A stretch of 63,573 nt of DNA, filler included, from Octopus bimaculoides (taxonomy: Eukaryota), in assembly GCF_001194135.2 (NCBI RefSeq). It is 6 parts of 6 records of this genome, joined end to end, with 100 filler letters (N's around TTAATTAATTAA, not from the genome) between each part and the next. Parts side by side here need not be neighbours in the genome. Positions count along the whole stretch, not along the records: positions 41,516 to 61,716 come from NC_068997.1; positions 61,817 to 63,573 come from NC_068984.1; 4 more parts are not named here. The stretch is one strand, 5' to 3'. A program made the translations under genes and the position numbers. Below are positions 50,440-63,573 of the stretch, piece by piece (position 1 is the first letter of the stretch; the number at the start of each line of letters is the position of its first letter). Below the pieces are notes generated by a model that worked only from the letters and a program-made list of their open reading frames with translations, did no database searches and was not told the DNA's origin.

Positions 50440-51050
50440 CTGGGCCAACCTGACTAACCTTCAGAAGCTATTGAAGCAGTGGAGAAAAAAACGGTGCTGT
50501 TCAATTGCATCTCAGCAGAGAGGAAGAAAGCAGTTTTAATAGCAAACGCAGATATTGAAGTTGCGCTAAGATGTATAAGGATGACACCGAGTACATAGCG
50601 AGGGGCAGACAATACGGCACCATTTCGATGCTTTTTAAGTCGGAAGCCCTCACTATGAAGCACTTAATGACCCCTTTCAAAACCAGCGAGGTCATTATGT
50701 AACACTCTCACATGGTAAAAAGAATTGCACGCGTCCACATTCCCATGATTCCACCAGATCTTGATATGTTGTGTCTTCTGGGATGCGTAATCGAGTAAGG
50801 GACAGATACCGTCCCGATAGAGGTGACAAAAACTGCCAGAGAGGACTGGTTCGTGGTTGACCTGGAGATGCTTCTCCAGATCAGACCAGAAAACATAAAA
50901 AGAATCCCGGACCACATCTGTCTCCAAAACGGGACGGTAGCACATAATGACAGAGCAAAATGCCACATTGTTTTGTTTGCAGAGAAACAACCCATTTGCG
51001 AGCCTTCTGCTCTCAACTGATAAAAGGTTCAAGTGGTCTAAGGTCTTCAC
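50440..51050 (+). mobile_element. Possible highly degenerate non-LTR reverse transcriptase fragment
   Basis: YRP(I) (gataccgtcccgata) and DHI remnants only. Confidence 0.3.
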
Positions 51051-51746
51051 TTAGATCGACCCCAGGAAGGATGAAAGGCAAAGTCGACCTCGGCGGAATT
51101 TGAACTTAGAACGTAAAGACAGACGAAATACTGCTAAGTATTTCGTCCGGTGTGCTAACGTTTCTGCCAGCTCACCGCCTTGATAATAATAGTAATAATC
51201 CTTTCTACTAGAAGCACACGGCCTCAAATTTAAGTCGATTACATCGACCCCAGTGCGTAACTGGTACTTATTCAATCAGTCCCAAAAAGATGAAAGGCAA
51301 AGTCGATGTCGGTGGAATTTGAACTCAGAACGTAGTGGCAGACGAAATACCTATTTCTTTACTGCCCACAAGGGGCTACACACAGAGGGGACAAACAAGG
51401 ACAGACAAACGGATTAAGTCGATTATATCGACCCCAGTGCGTAACTGGTACTTAATTTATCGACCCCGAAAGGATGAAAGGCAAAGTCGACCTCGGCGGA
51501 ATTTGAACTCAGNNNNNNNNNNACTGCCCACAAGGGGCTACACACAGAGGGGACAAACAAGGACAGACAAACGGATTAAGTCGATTATATCGACCCCAGT
51601 GCGTAACTGGTACTTAATTTATCGAGCCCGAAAGGATGAAAGGCAAAGTCGACCTCGGCGGAATTTGAACTCAGAACGCAGTGGCAGACGAAATACCGCT
51701 AAGCATTTCGTCCGGTGTGCTTAACGATTTTGCCAGCTCGCCGCCT
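51050..51746 (-). mobile_element. Cluster of SINE family 2 copies (includes probable assembly duplication)
   Basis: Four gaaaggcaaagtcga blocks. 51361-51512 is repeated at 51523-51674 across a 10-N gap. Confidence 0.8.
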
Positions 51747-54567
51747 CGATAATAATAATAATAATAATAACAACAGCGACGATGATAACAGCGCTGATGA
51801 CGGAGGTGTTATCACTTTGTATATCGTGTAGCGTGACCAATAGTCCACGGCGGAAATTAGGTGTTGATGATGTAAGTACAAGAAGAAGCATTTCCCTTTT
51901 TACTGACTGCAATATCAGATTATCGTTTAACTGTTCATTTATTTCAGAGGAGTCAATGAATTGATCGTATTTAGAGCTTCAGATCCTGCATGACCTGAAA
52001 CATAACAGACATCAACAGGATTATATAGGGAGATCATACTGCCGGCTCTAATTGATCAGCTGTAACTAACTTTACTTCACCTTCCTTGTTCATCCAAAGT
52101 TGCGTTGTTTCACGCATGATTGAGATATTCTGATTCGACTAGAGATTTCACCATGCTATTCTTATATGGCATTGACCCGTATCTAACTAATTTCAAAAGA
52201 TGGATTGACTGTTATCAGATCAGAGTTCCCAGAATAACTTGGCAGCCGGAGACATCTCGTAATCGTTCAAATGTTACTGTATGATTAAACAATGCACATT
52301 GAAAATAATCATAGAAATTAGTGATTCAATTATTGTATCCTTGGAGAGTAGCGTTTCATTGTTTGCACTGCTCATTCCGTAGCTTTGTCTGCCGCGTTTT
52401 GCAGCTTCGATTGCAGAAGGCTTGTAAACAGGCAACTCTAATCCACGATGCTAATGCTGGCAGCTCTAATGTCATATTAAGAAATCTAAGCGTATTTGGA
52501 ACTCCAGAAAGAAGAAAAAAGCAGTCGTAATACTCTGCTTCGTATATTTTCTGCTGTTGTTATTGTTGCTGATGTCGTTTATGTTTCAGGTCAGCCTTGT
52601 CGAGCAGAAGTATGGGAAAAGTCGTTCCAGCCGTGACCATCCTATTTGCTATTTTTCTATTATTTTATTGTAGAGGCTCTCTTAACAATGTATCCTCTTT
52701 TGAAATTCTAGGACATAACTTGGAGATTTGCTTGCTATTTCTAACAGAGCAAGCAATCTTGAGTACACTCCCTTGATTTTTTTCTCAATGTAGAGACGCC
52801 AGAATTCATTAGTTATTTGAATCCTAGATAATTAGTATTTTCGCAATATTTTTAACGAATATCTGCAGAAAAGAATATTTTAAAAATTTGATTCAGACCA
52901 TTAGGCACATGAAGCTGCAATGTATTCTTTACTGTGAAGACACTCTACCTTGTCCATAAGTGCTAAAAATTTTAAGGAAACCTCATTCAAATTTATCAGT
53001 ATTGTCTTAAATGTGAATGACAATACTAAATGAGATAATCCTTAATATAACATGCCTGGTAAAGAAGAAAAGATTATTAAGGCTATAGTACTGACTAAAT
53101 AATAAAAATAGTTTACGAAACAATAATACACGTATTGGAAACAAAAATGCGGTGACTCAACACCTTTCATTCATTAAAGTGTCTAAAACAATAGTTAATA
53201 CTTTTTAAACATAATCTCCGCGTACCATGTTATGGGAGAAGAACAATAACTATCGCACACGATCTCAATTTCCATGTCTTTCTCGACTGTGACCACAGCA
53301 AAATCTGCTGACGTGTATATAGGTTAACGAAGGAGCATCTATGTCTTCGTTCAGGAAGCTAGAAACACTAGCAAGATCATCTTCAAATAGTACCTTAACG
53401 ACTTAAAACATGATATATTAGGTAATGCTGTCTGAAGCTTCTTTTTCTTGGTCTTATAATAAGGAGGGAATATAGTGTCCGCAAACATTTACTGGGCCTC
53501 CAAGATGCTGGGAGGAAGGGAAGGAGGACAGTATCCTTAGACATGAGACCTTGAATTAATGTTTTCAATAGAATGGAGTCCGCTAAAGGGACACAACGTG
53601 CCAAGGAGCGATGTGAAATCAAGTGATGGCTTAAGTCTACCACACACGCAAGCCATGGCGGGACTTGAATTAAGAAAGCAAAGAACTGACTCAAATACCG
53701 CAAAGCACCCAACCACGTTTAGAGTTCCGCCGATCTACAACCTTACGTTTTTATCGACCTCGACGAAATGAATGGTAAGGTTAACCTTAAGGGCATTTGG
53801 ACTCAAAGCATACAGAGCTGGAGCAACAAACAGTGAGGAATTCTATCTGTTGCCATCACGATTCTACCATTTCTTTGCATATAGCCAAAATATGAGATAG
53901 CCAAGGTTTGAATCCTTTTGATCACAGAGTTCAGTGTGACTAAATCTGACCCGGTGCTAAATAAAAGCTATGGTGTATAGTCAAGCAAAAGAGAGAGCCT
54001 GTAATGAGTCGCTCGACCAGATACAAGCCTTCCTTGAACCATACTTAAACCTCTTAAATAAAGAAAAGAAATGGAAACAGAATGCTGCATGCCTGGTAAC
54101 ATTATATCAGGCACGGGCAACAGTTTTAATGAAGTGGGTCGTATGAAACATGGCTCATCATCAAGAGGGTCACGCTACAAAAAATTTCCTGGTATTTTTG
54201 GTTAGGACACCAGTCAGAAAGTCTCACGAGACACAATTTACACAAGACTGCATTATGCCACGAAAATGATGGTATGGTCATAAGTGAAACATATTTGATG
54301 ATAGTTCAGTTTAATCAAGGAAAAAGAAAAATACTTCGATTACTGTTACTTGAAGAGGTATAATAAAAACGAAACACACTTTTCTTTATAGTTTTCAAAG
54401 ACCAGCCACATTTTGAGAACATCTTCATTTAATTCTTTTGTAGACGGTAAGTTTGTGAGTTATTTCCCTTGACAGTTATTGCCAAACTGTGTCATTAACA
54501 TAATTTCGAATCTAAGCGTAGGATGCTCCGTTTACTATCTACTATCACTATGGCTAACTGTGACGAA

Positions 54568-54634
<67 letters not shown>

Positions 54635-57600
54635 ATATATATATAATACTAAGAATTCTTATTGCAGCAATTTGTTACCAACGCCACACCAGATGGAGAC
54701 ATTATTAGGCGGTTTATAATTAAAGAATATAATTATAGAATATGGTCAAGCAGAGAAGGGAATCTAAATTAATATCAACGTATGTATTTCAATGCGGATG
54801 GTCGTTGCCTATCTCGTTATCCACTGCTGCTCTACTAATATAAATCCTGTTTTGATATTTCCAAAATAACGCAATGATTATTACTTGTCAATGTATGTTG
54901 TATTGTTTAAATTGGATGCGTTATTTGTAAATAATGTCCTCTCCCCTCTCAACGCCCGAACATACATATATACATACACTGATTACATTCTCATGCGTAC
55001 AAACTCTATTGAATAAATCATAAAGAAGAGAAAGAATGGACGAAAGACAACCTCTAATCCCAATGTAATTTGTGGCCATAGAGAGAAATTCAAGTCGATT
55101 TTGATTAACTTATTAAAAGCGTATCAAAATGATTCAATACGTGATGGCGCCTAAAAGACTGGTTTAGTATTGTTGAGTTAGTTTCTCGACGATAAATCTC
55201 GAAAAATAATAGTTTTACGTCATTAATTACAATCTAGCCTGACCTACAAATCATGTAGATCTATTCTTACACATGCACACACAAAAAAGAAACAAAATCG
55301 TTGCACCTATTTTGACCACTATATTTTCGTAGAATGGTTTAGATTAATTTCTTTTCTTTTCAAAGATAAACTCGAGAATAAAGAGCAGAAAACACAAGCT
55401 TCTTTTTGTCCGTCAAAATGTTAAATATACATATATACATATATGCACACACACGCACGGATGTATATAAAGACAATGCTTAGATAGGAATAGACAAAAA
55501 TGGAAGAAAAAATAGACAAGAAAAACACGTCAACTTAGTTCATGCTTTCAAAAGAAATATTTTAAACAGAAAAGCAAACAAACGTCTCTCTCTCTCTGTC
55601 TCTGTCTCTCGCTCTGTCTCTCTCTCTCTCTCTGTCTCTGTCTCTGTCTCTCTGTCTCTGTCTCTGTCTGTCTGTCTCTCTCTCTCTCTTTCTCTCTCTC
55701 TCCTCTCTTCTTCTCTGTCTTTTCTTCTCACTTCCTCGTTATTCTTTCCATTTTCTAAAATCAGAGAACAAAGAACAGAGTCGATGATGCATTTCAGAGT
55801 CTCTCTGAAATTCCTGGAAGGTAAAAAAGAAAGCTTTCTTTTATTGAAGACCTTGCAAAAATGCTTGTAGAGTAGACTCCACGAAAGGGAAATAGTAGAT
55901 ATGGGTTGTTGTGATACATTAGGCGACAGATTAAGTCTATCATATGAGGACAAGAGCAGTTTCTTAGACGGTTTTCTGGACCGGTTTCACCTATCGAAAT
56001 TTTACTCATAAAACGGTTATCGAATCGACACTTTTGCTGAATTAACTTGCCTCTGCACTGCACAGAGAGAGACACACTACATTTTCAAGCATACAGTTCG
56101 ACGTAGTATAGAGTATAAACATGCAGTGTAAACATCGAAACATCGCCACTATCTTTCAAAATTCGACCGCATTCAACATGGATCTATTTCCTTCTGGCTG
56201 TAAATTTTGATGGTGGAAAATGGAGTATATCCGATAAGTAAACACTAAATTTTTTCCCCTCATCAGTGGTTTCAAGTTGTTAAAAAATGCTCCATGTGAT
56301 AATTTTGGAATAATTTTACCAACATATACATTTAACATTTAATCAGGGGAGAAAGAAGAGCCTATAATCCTTTACAGGGGGTGTGTGACTTGTGGGACGG
56401 AGAGGAAGATGTCTTGGAACCGGAGACATTAAACGAGTGGATTTCAGAAAAGGCACCCAAAGGTGAGATTGTGATGCGAAAGGGGAAAATGGATTAAGTC
56501 TAGTAGCCAAGTAAACTTAATCTTCTTAGCGTCTAGGTCTCTGCACAGTATCCGTTTTCCAATTTTTAAGCCAAACCTTCGTGAAACCGTGATTATTATA
56601 CCGAACGCGTGAGTAAGGTGCTTCACAATGGTACCGGACTGGGACACAGGTTTCTAAGATATGAACTCAACCTCACGTGTGTGTATCTGCGCGTACATAA
56701 CTTCCCAGATGGAGACTAAGAGACTTTCAAAAATACCAACAAAGTTTACGTGTTAGTGCAATACAAATGGAAGTAAACAAAGGCAGCTGTTGTAATATTA
56801 TATATACATGTCCTAATTTCGACGGACAAAAAATAGCTGGCGACTTTGGTGTAATGGTTATCATAGTCGTACGTTATCCGACAGATACGGGTTTCAATTC
56901 CCGTAGGTGATCTTACAAATTTCCTTTCGATCTTATGCTATACTTGTGAATCTACTTAAATTTTAACCGTTCATATTATAATAGACCATACACTTACACA
57001 CAAACACATGTATGCTTTTTGTTTCTTCGATGCTACGTCGTCGAGGTTATGGAAATACTGGAAAATAAATTACAAAAGAAAACAATGAATAAAAATAAAT
57101 ACAAAAAGACTGTGGCAGCGAAAAGAAGTTATGGTTAAATGACGATCCCTGATGTTCCAGGATACATGTTGTTTCTATCTATCGTAGCCATATTGTAATT
57201 TTATTTTCATATCTTTTTATTCCTTGTATTTATTTGTCCTTTACTCTCATGATCTTTTGGCGTATTTTGACATTATTACACACACACACACGCGTACACT
57301 TATATATATATATATATATATATATATAGGTAGTGGGGTGAAAAGCGCATGTGCTTTGATATACATATGTGCGTGTATATATGTATATGCAGATGTATCT
57401 GTGAGTGCGTGTAATTATTTGCATGTGTGCCTGTGTGTATTATCTATGTAAGTATGAGTCTCAATGTGTGTTTGTGATTTACGATGGCTCTTCGCCAAAG
57501 ATACGACATAGAACCCCGAGGGGTGAATTCGACACAGAGGAGAAATAAAAAGTAAAAAAATAAGAAAGAGGTGGGTAAAGAAAATACAAGCCACAAAGTT

Positions 57601-57682
57601 GACAGATAGTCATATAGATAGATGAATATACAGATTACTAAATGATAATAATAAGTGAAAAGATAGATAGATAGATAAATAA

Positions 57683-57727
<45 letters not shown>

Positions 57728-58010
57728 GAGAGAGATAGATTGATAGATTGATAGAGAAAGGAGGGTAAAAACAGAATGAAAAACGAGAGAGATAAGAACG
57801 AGAGAGATAAGAACGAGAGATATAAAGAGATGGATTGAAAGCGGAGAACTAAGGGGAGATGGCGCAAGAGGGCTTAAACAATATTGTTGAATCTCCTGTA
57901 GATCATAATAACAAAAAGAAAGAAGAAAAAATAAAGCAAACCAGGTAGGGGTGTGAAAAACGCATGTGCTTTGATAATTTGTTCCAGGTGGTAGCAGTAG
58001 TGGATGGTGT

Positions 58011-58041
<31 letters not shown>

Positions 58042-58246
58042 TGGTGGTAGGTGTGGTGCCTATGTGCGTTTGTGCGTGCATGCATGTGTGCGTGCGTGCG
58101 TGTGTATGTGAGTGCGTATGTTTCAACTCGTCTATATGTGGGTGTGTATGTGTATGTATGTGTATGTGTGTGTGCGTGTACACATTGGTATATATATNNN
58201 NNNNNNNAAGAATAAAAAATTCAACATTGAATGTATTCCGTGTATA

Positions 58247-58289
<43 letters not shown>

Positions 58290-58421
58290 TATATATATAT
58301 GTATACATATGTATGCATGTATATATGTATATGTTTGTGTGTGTATGCCTCTCGCACATGTACACAAATACATACATGTATATATTTGTGTATGTGTGTG
58401 TTGTGTGTGTGTATGTGTGTA

Positions 58422-58460
<39 letters not shown>

Positions 58461-59054
58461 ATTTAGAAGGGAGGGAGGAAATGAGAAAACCTGGTCTAAT
58501 AAGTAAGAAATCTTAAAACACTTCAACACTGCACGGAGTGATTGATAGATTGTTGGTAAGTCAGACGTGAAAGGTGTCTGTCTGACTGACTTTCTCACTG
58601 GTTGGCTTTTCTCGCTGGTAGATCCATCACATGCTTCAATGAAAACAGAAGCCATAAAGAATAAGCAAGAATTTTAGCTTTATCCGCAAAAGTTTGTTCA
58701 GAGTATGAAGCGTTACCACTGCAAACGTCTTCTGCCAGTAATATTGCCTTACAGTATAAGTGACCAATATATGTCAGCTGTATTAGAAATCATTGTCTCA
58801 TTTTTAAAAGATTTTAACTGTAATTGTGCATGACGATCTTTGTAGATTAAGATAATTGGCTGTCGTTTTCGCTGTCGTAGCCTTCATCTCCTTTCTTTGT
58901 GTTGTGTTATGATGCAGTGGTCTCAGTCAGACTAATCGAGAATCAAATATGAAGTATTCGATCCCGCTGCCCATGTACATAGATACTAATTGTGTAAAGA
59001 AGGTCCGCCTATCAGCTGAGTGCTTAAAGGTCTTCCTGCCGCCTTCCTTTTGCC

Positions 59055-59578
59055 ACTTATTTTTCAACCATTCTTTGTCTAAGGACCCTTTTCCTACTTT
59101 ACTCGGATGGACCCTCCTAGCCTTTCGATGTTTAAAAAAAATCATACATTTTTATAATTAAACATTATTAGGAATTGTATAAAAGAAAGTGTTAAAATAT
59201 TTTGAGCATTGCAGATGTATAATTCATTTATTGAACATGACTTTTAACAACAAAATCCTTTGTGGATCACCAGGGGCCCAATGGACCCCGGTTGAGAATC
59301 TCTGTTAGATCAGAAAACGTTGTCTTGAGAAATGGTTTACAACCATTTTTGCCTATGGATCTCTTGTCTATGGATCTTTTGTCTATGGATCTCTTTGACT
59401 CATGTTTTACTCTCCTGGAGCTTCATAACCATTCGTATCAATTATCAGGAATTGTATATAAACATCAAAAAGACTTTGTGTATTGTAGATGTAAAAGCAA
59501 TGCATTGCACATAAATTTTAAACACAAAACCTTATATGGACCACATAGAACTCTATGAACCGCGGTTGAGAGCCGCTG
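59055..59578. mobile_element. Two tandem hAT-like MITE copies (about 59055-59304 and 59331-59578)
   Basis: Parallel blocks tcaaccatt..tatggacc and attatcaggaattgtat; right ends ggttgagaatctctg and ggttgagagccgctg. Confidence 0.55.
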
Positions 59579-60585
59579 GCTTCGCCGGAAGAAGTTGTGT
59601 GCTAAACAAATCTAAAACTACTAAAGACAGATACTTTCCGTTTTGGCCAGGCACTATCACCTCTCATGAACTTTTACTGTGATAAACTCTTGTACAATGC
59701 GAGGACCGTTAAACTTATCATCCACCAGTCAAGTGTCTTCCTTTTGTCGAGGTTCAGCCGGCAGGACTGTTCAGTTCTCTATTTACTGTTCTGCATACAT
59801 ACAATCGACCGGAATTTTAATTCTCAGCCCATTCTCTGATACTGACAGTCCACAAACACTTTTGACAACCTCTTGCTCTCTTACTTACAGTCAAGACTCC
59901 CTGTCAGTAACATGTGACGCATTGTAGAGCAAAATTATGAGAGGTCTGTAGACTTTGATTCTAGAAAATAGCTGTCTTTGGCTTTCAGCTTTTCTAGTAC
60001 TGCGGCATTTGATACCGTGACTTACCAGATTATCTTGCTAAGCCTGCAAAAGATCCACAACTCAAAGTCTTTCATTTTTCCTATAGCTGTGTGCATTGTC
60101 CAAGTTTCTGTCCGATTAAAGACACCTAGCAACTGCTTGACAAAAGCAAAAACAACATCTAGACAAAACAAAAGAGAAGGCAGAACGGCACCTACAAAAG
60201 TCCAGTTTTCAAGTGACCGTATTTTTCTGCTCTATACATTTACATACAAATGTAATTATACGTATATATGCATTAATTTATGAGTTTGCAAACACACACA
60301 CACACACATAACACACACACACACACACACACACATAACACACACACGTACACATACACACATACACACACACATACGCACGCACGAAGATATGCAGGCC
60401 CATACACACATACACACATGCATATGTACATATAGTCACGCTATCAGAGTCCCCACTTTGGGGCTTTCACTATTTGAATACCCGGTTTTCTCGAATCCCA
60501 GAAACTTCATCTGTGTGTATGTGTGTGCGTGTATGTGTGTGTGTGCGTGTGCGTGCGTGCGTGTGTGTGTGTTTGTAGGTTTGTG

Positions 60586-60737
60586 ATGGGCTTCTTTCAG
60601 TTTCTGTCTACCAAATACACTCAAGGCTTTAGTCGGCCCGAGACTACAGTAGAAGATATGCCCAAGGTGTCACGTAGGGGAACTGAACCCCAAACCGTGC
60701 AGTTGTGAAGCAAGCTTCTTACCGCACTGCCACGCTT
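60586..60737 (-). mobile_element. SINE family 1, 5' portion
   Basis: gatgggcttctttcagtttctgtctaccaaa...gaactgaaccc. Confidence 0.75.
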
Positions 60738-60850
60738 GCATCTAAAAGTAAGGCACGCTGTGAGAAAATTCCGCATTTACATACGCACATTTAGTGGGTT
60801 TGCCGGTTAAATCCAAGGTGACTCAGTTTCAACTTTTATTTTCTGCATAG

Positions 60851-61690
60851 CCATGATACACCTTACAACTGAACTCAACAGAACAGACTATGGATATAAA
60901 ATTAGCGACAACAAAATAAGTCATCTATTTTATATGGATGACTTAAAACTGTATGGCAAAGACGATAATGAGCTTGAAGGACTACTACATACTGTGAAAG
61001 CATTCAGTGATGACATTGGGATGGAATTTTGGTCTTGATAAATGTGCCAAGGCCACTTTCCAGAAAGGGAAACTGAAAGACCTCACAATCAGTGGTGTTG
61101 GATGTTGATACAGTAATAAAAGAACTCGAGCAGGGACCAACTTACAAAAACCTCGGAATGAATGAGGGCTCTGGCATTCAGCATGCAAGTATGAAAGAGA
61201 AGACCAGGAAGAAGTGTTACAGGAGAGTTCGAATAGTCCTTAAATCTCAGTTAAATGCACACAACAAGGTGCTTGCCATAAATTCCTTAGCAGTTCCTGT
61301 TGTTATTTACAGTTTCAATGTGTTGAACAGGAATATGAGCGAAATAAGGAAGATTGACAGGAAAATCCGTAAACTGCTGACTTGCAATAAGATGCATCAC
61401 CTAAAGACAGACGCAGATCGTCTTTACCTACCTAGAACTCAAGGAGGTCGAGGCTTAATCCAATTTGAAATCTCCATCAAAACCGCCACATTTGGACTGG
61501 CAAAATATCTTGAAGCATCTAACGACTGGTAAGAAAAGCTCGTTGAAAACCATGAAAGACGTAAGAAGCTTCATTCTGTTATGCAGGAGAGCAAAAAAAT
61601 TCAAGTATAATACCTATGTTGAACAGCATAAGTGAAGTGCAGCGACTTCAGTTGCAAAGAAGTTGAAATCAATAGCAAAGTCATAGACGT
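60851..61690 (+). mobile_element. R4/Dong-like LINE reverse transcriptase fragment (frameshifted)
   Basis: ISHLFYMDDLKLYGK (catalytic YMDD), DDIGMEF/GLDKCAKATF, YKNLGMNEG and ADRLYLPRTQGGRGL. Confidence 0.9.
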
Positions 61691-61891
61691 TGTGAGTTCA
61701 AATTCCACCGTGTTCGNNNNNNNNNNNNNNNNNNNNNNNNNNNNNNNNNNNNNNNNNNNNTTAATTAATTAANNNNNNNNNNNNNNNNNNNNNNNNNNNN
61801 NNNNNNNNNNNNNNNNTTGGACTAACTTTTAGCTGATTTGCAATGTCAGAAGCCTTTGAAAAGGGTTAGTTTTCTACAATTCTCTACAAAC

Positions 61892-62213
61892 AGCGAAGGC
61901 GCGTGTCTTAGTGATTAGGGTATTCGGCTCACGATCGTAAGGTCGTGAGTTCAATTTCCGGCGACGCGTCGTGTCCTTGAGCAAGACACTTTATTTCACG
62001 TTGCTCCAGTCCATTCAGCTGGCAAAAATAAGTAGTACCTCTATTTCAAAGGGACAGCCTTGTCACACTCTGTGTCACGCTGAATCTGCCTGAGAACTAC
62101 GTTAAGGGTACACATGTCTTTGGAGTGCTCAGCCACTTGCACGTTAATTCCACGAGCAAGCTGTTCCGCTGATCGTATCTGCTGGGACCCTGGGCGTCGT
62201 AACTGAGAAAGTG
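61892..62213 (+). mobile_element. tRNA-derived SINE, family 3, near full length
   Basis: gcgaaggcgcgtgtcttagtgattagggtattcggctcacgatcgtaaggtcgtgagttcaatttcc (A and B boxes). Confidence 0.85.
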
Positions 62214-63035
62214 CTCCTTTATATGGGCAAGTAATATGTATTGAGTTAATCTTTCCTCTGTTGACAAATCTTGAACGATTGAATAAGTATATATTATATA
62301 ATATCTATTCAAAAGATTGGACAGATTAATGATAAACTGTGTTTTATTTATTCCTTGAGCTGTGTTATTTTTCCTGTAATTTTACCTTTTACTTATTTCA
62401 CTATTGTTCCTCAGCAACACGCACTCACACATACATACAAGCACACACAGATACAGTTACACACACACAGAGTCATACATACACATATGTATATGTATAT
62501 GTATATACGTGTTTGTGTATGTATGTAAGCATATGTATACATATAACACACCCCACAACAGTGTATTTTAACGTTTGATTGAGTATTTATTCCGCCCTAT
62601 TAGCAACACTTGCTGAACAACAGGTAACCTTAGAAAACATTTTATCAACTTAGCTTTGATGTGACACATTAAACGAGTACACACACAACCATAACTCAAA
62701 CAACGTACAACAATGTACGCTGCAACTGTTCGACTATCTACGCCCACTACACACATACCACGCTCTTTCTCACACACACACACATAAGGTTGCGTCCTTG
62801 CATATTGTATGTATATATGTATGTGTGTGTGTGTGTGTATGTATATATATGTATATCTATATCTATATCTATATACATGCACACACAGAGACACATACAT
62901 ATATGTATATATTTATATGTATGTAATTATAGTCCATGAAATGGATAATTATATACAATTAAATATAATATATATAGTTATAATACCTATATAATATTTA
63001 TATTACAATTATTAAACATACATACACACATACAT

Positions 63036-63108
<73 letters not shown>

Positions 63109-63216
63109 CACATATACACGTAGGTATTGTAAATTTTAGAGGTAATACTTGTAAGCACCTGTATATGCCGGATATTGGCCATATACAGATATATATTTAC
63201 ATATATATATTTATAT

Positions 63217-63573
63217 ACTAGCAGAAATACCCGGCTTTGCCCGGGTTAAAGAGAATAATGAAATCTAAAAACGCCGTCTAGACTACACAACCCTCAACTG
63301 TTAGTAGCTACGATACCATATTTCTACATTAATAACTCTCCAATCCATGCCAGCATGGAACATAGACATTAAGTGGAATGCCAGTCTCTCATCTAGGAGG
63401 GCCTTGAAATCAATGTTACCAACTGGGGACTATGTGTGTCGTAGTGATAATAAAAAGACCCAAAGGAGGTCTGCAACGAAATAATTTTACTCAACACTTT
63501 GCAAGTGAATCAGTGGAGGCAAAGATGCATCTCATTTACTTGACAATTTATGCACCACATTGCAGAAATCACA
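63217..63573 (+). mobile_element. Helentron/HINE (DINE-1-like) non-autonomous element 5' end
   Basis: Begins actagcagaaatacccggctttgcccggg after a TA-rich run, with a subterminal hairpin cccggc-ttt-gcccggg. Confidence 0.5.

Noticed and set aside
51361-51674. 152-bp tandem duplication
   Set aside because: The copies are separated by a 10-N gap and differ at one base, which is typical of an unmerged contig overlap or alleles.
56340-56700. Possible Tc1/mariner remnant
   Set aside because: Only a faint DLNP-like trace is present, which is not enough to support a call.
57638-58462. 274-aa ORF with poly-Ala/Thr
   Set aside because: It is mostly microsatellite-derived and crosses a gap; there is no domain signal.
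61892-61965. Functional tRNA genes (also at the other SINE heads)
   Set aside because: These are A/B-box heads fused to SINE bodies, with no intact cloverleaf evident.

Overview
This is AT-rich, microsatellite-dense eukaryotic genomic scaffold with many N-gaps and TTAATTAATTAA gap spacers. The repeat content looks cephalopod (Octopus-like); that assignment is from recall, not a search. Only one convincing protein-coding gene is visible: an intronless 493-aa secreted protein (7172-8653, minus strand) with a signal peptide, six Sushi/CCP modules and a Cys-rich C-terminal domain I cannot classify. A pseudogenised paralog (12519-13312, plus strand) lies head-to-head about 3.2 kb away. It shares the CCAAT/TATA promoter and 3' flank but carries a 673-bp microhomology deletion and premature stops. 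The rest is transposon debris: at least five tRNA-derived SINE families, Penelope-like (GIY-YIG) fragments, R4/Dong-like and RTE LINE fragments, a mariner with an internal inversion, MITE-like hairpins and a Helentron/HINE-like end. Four type I hammerhead-ribozyme-like motifs with identifiable stems were found by eye (2020-2109, 14467-14503, 19780-19850, 24636-24680). Most ORFs in the supplied track are artefacts of microsatellites or N-runs.
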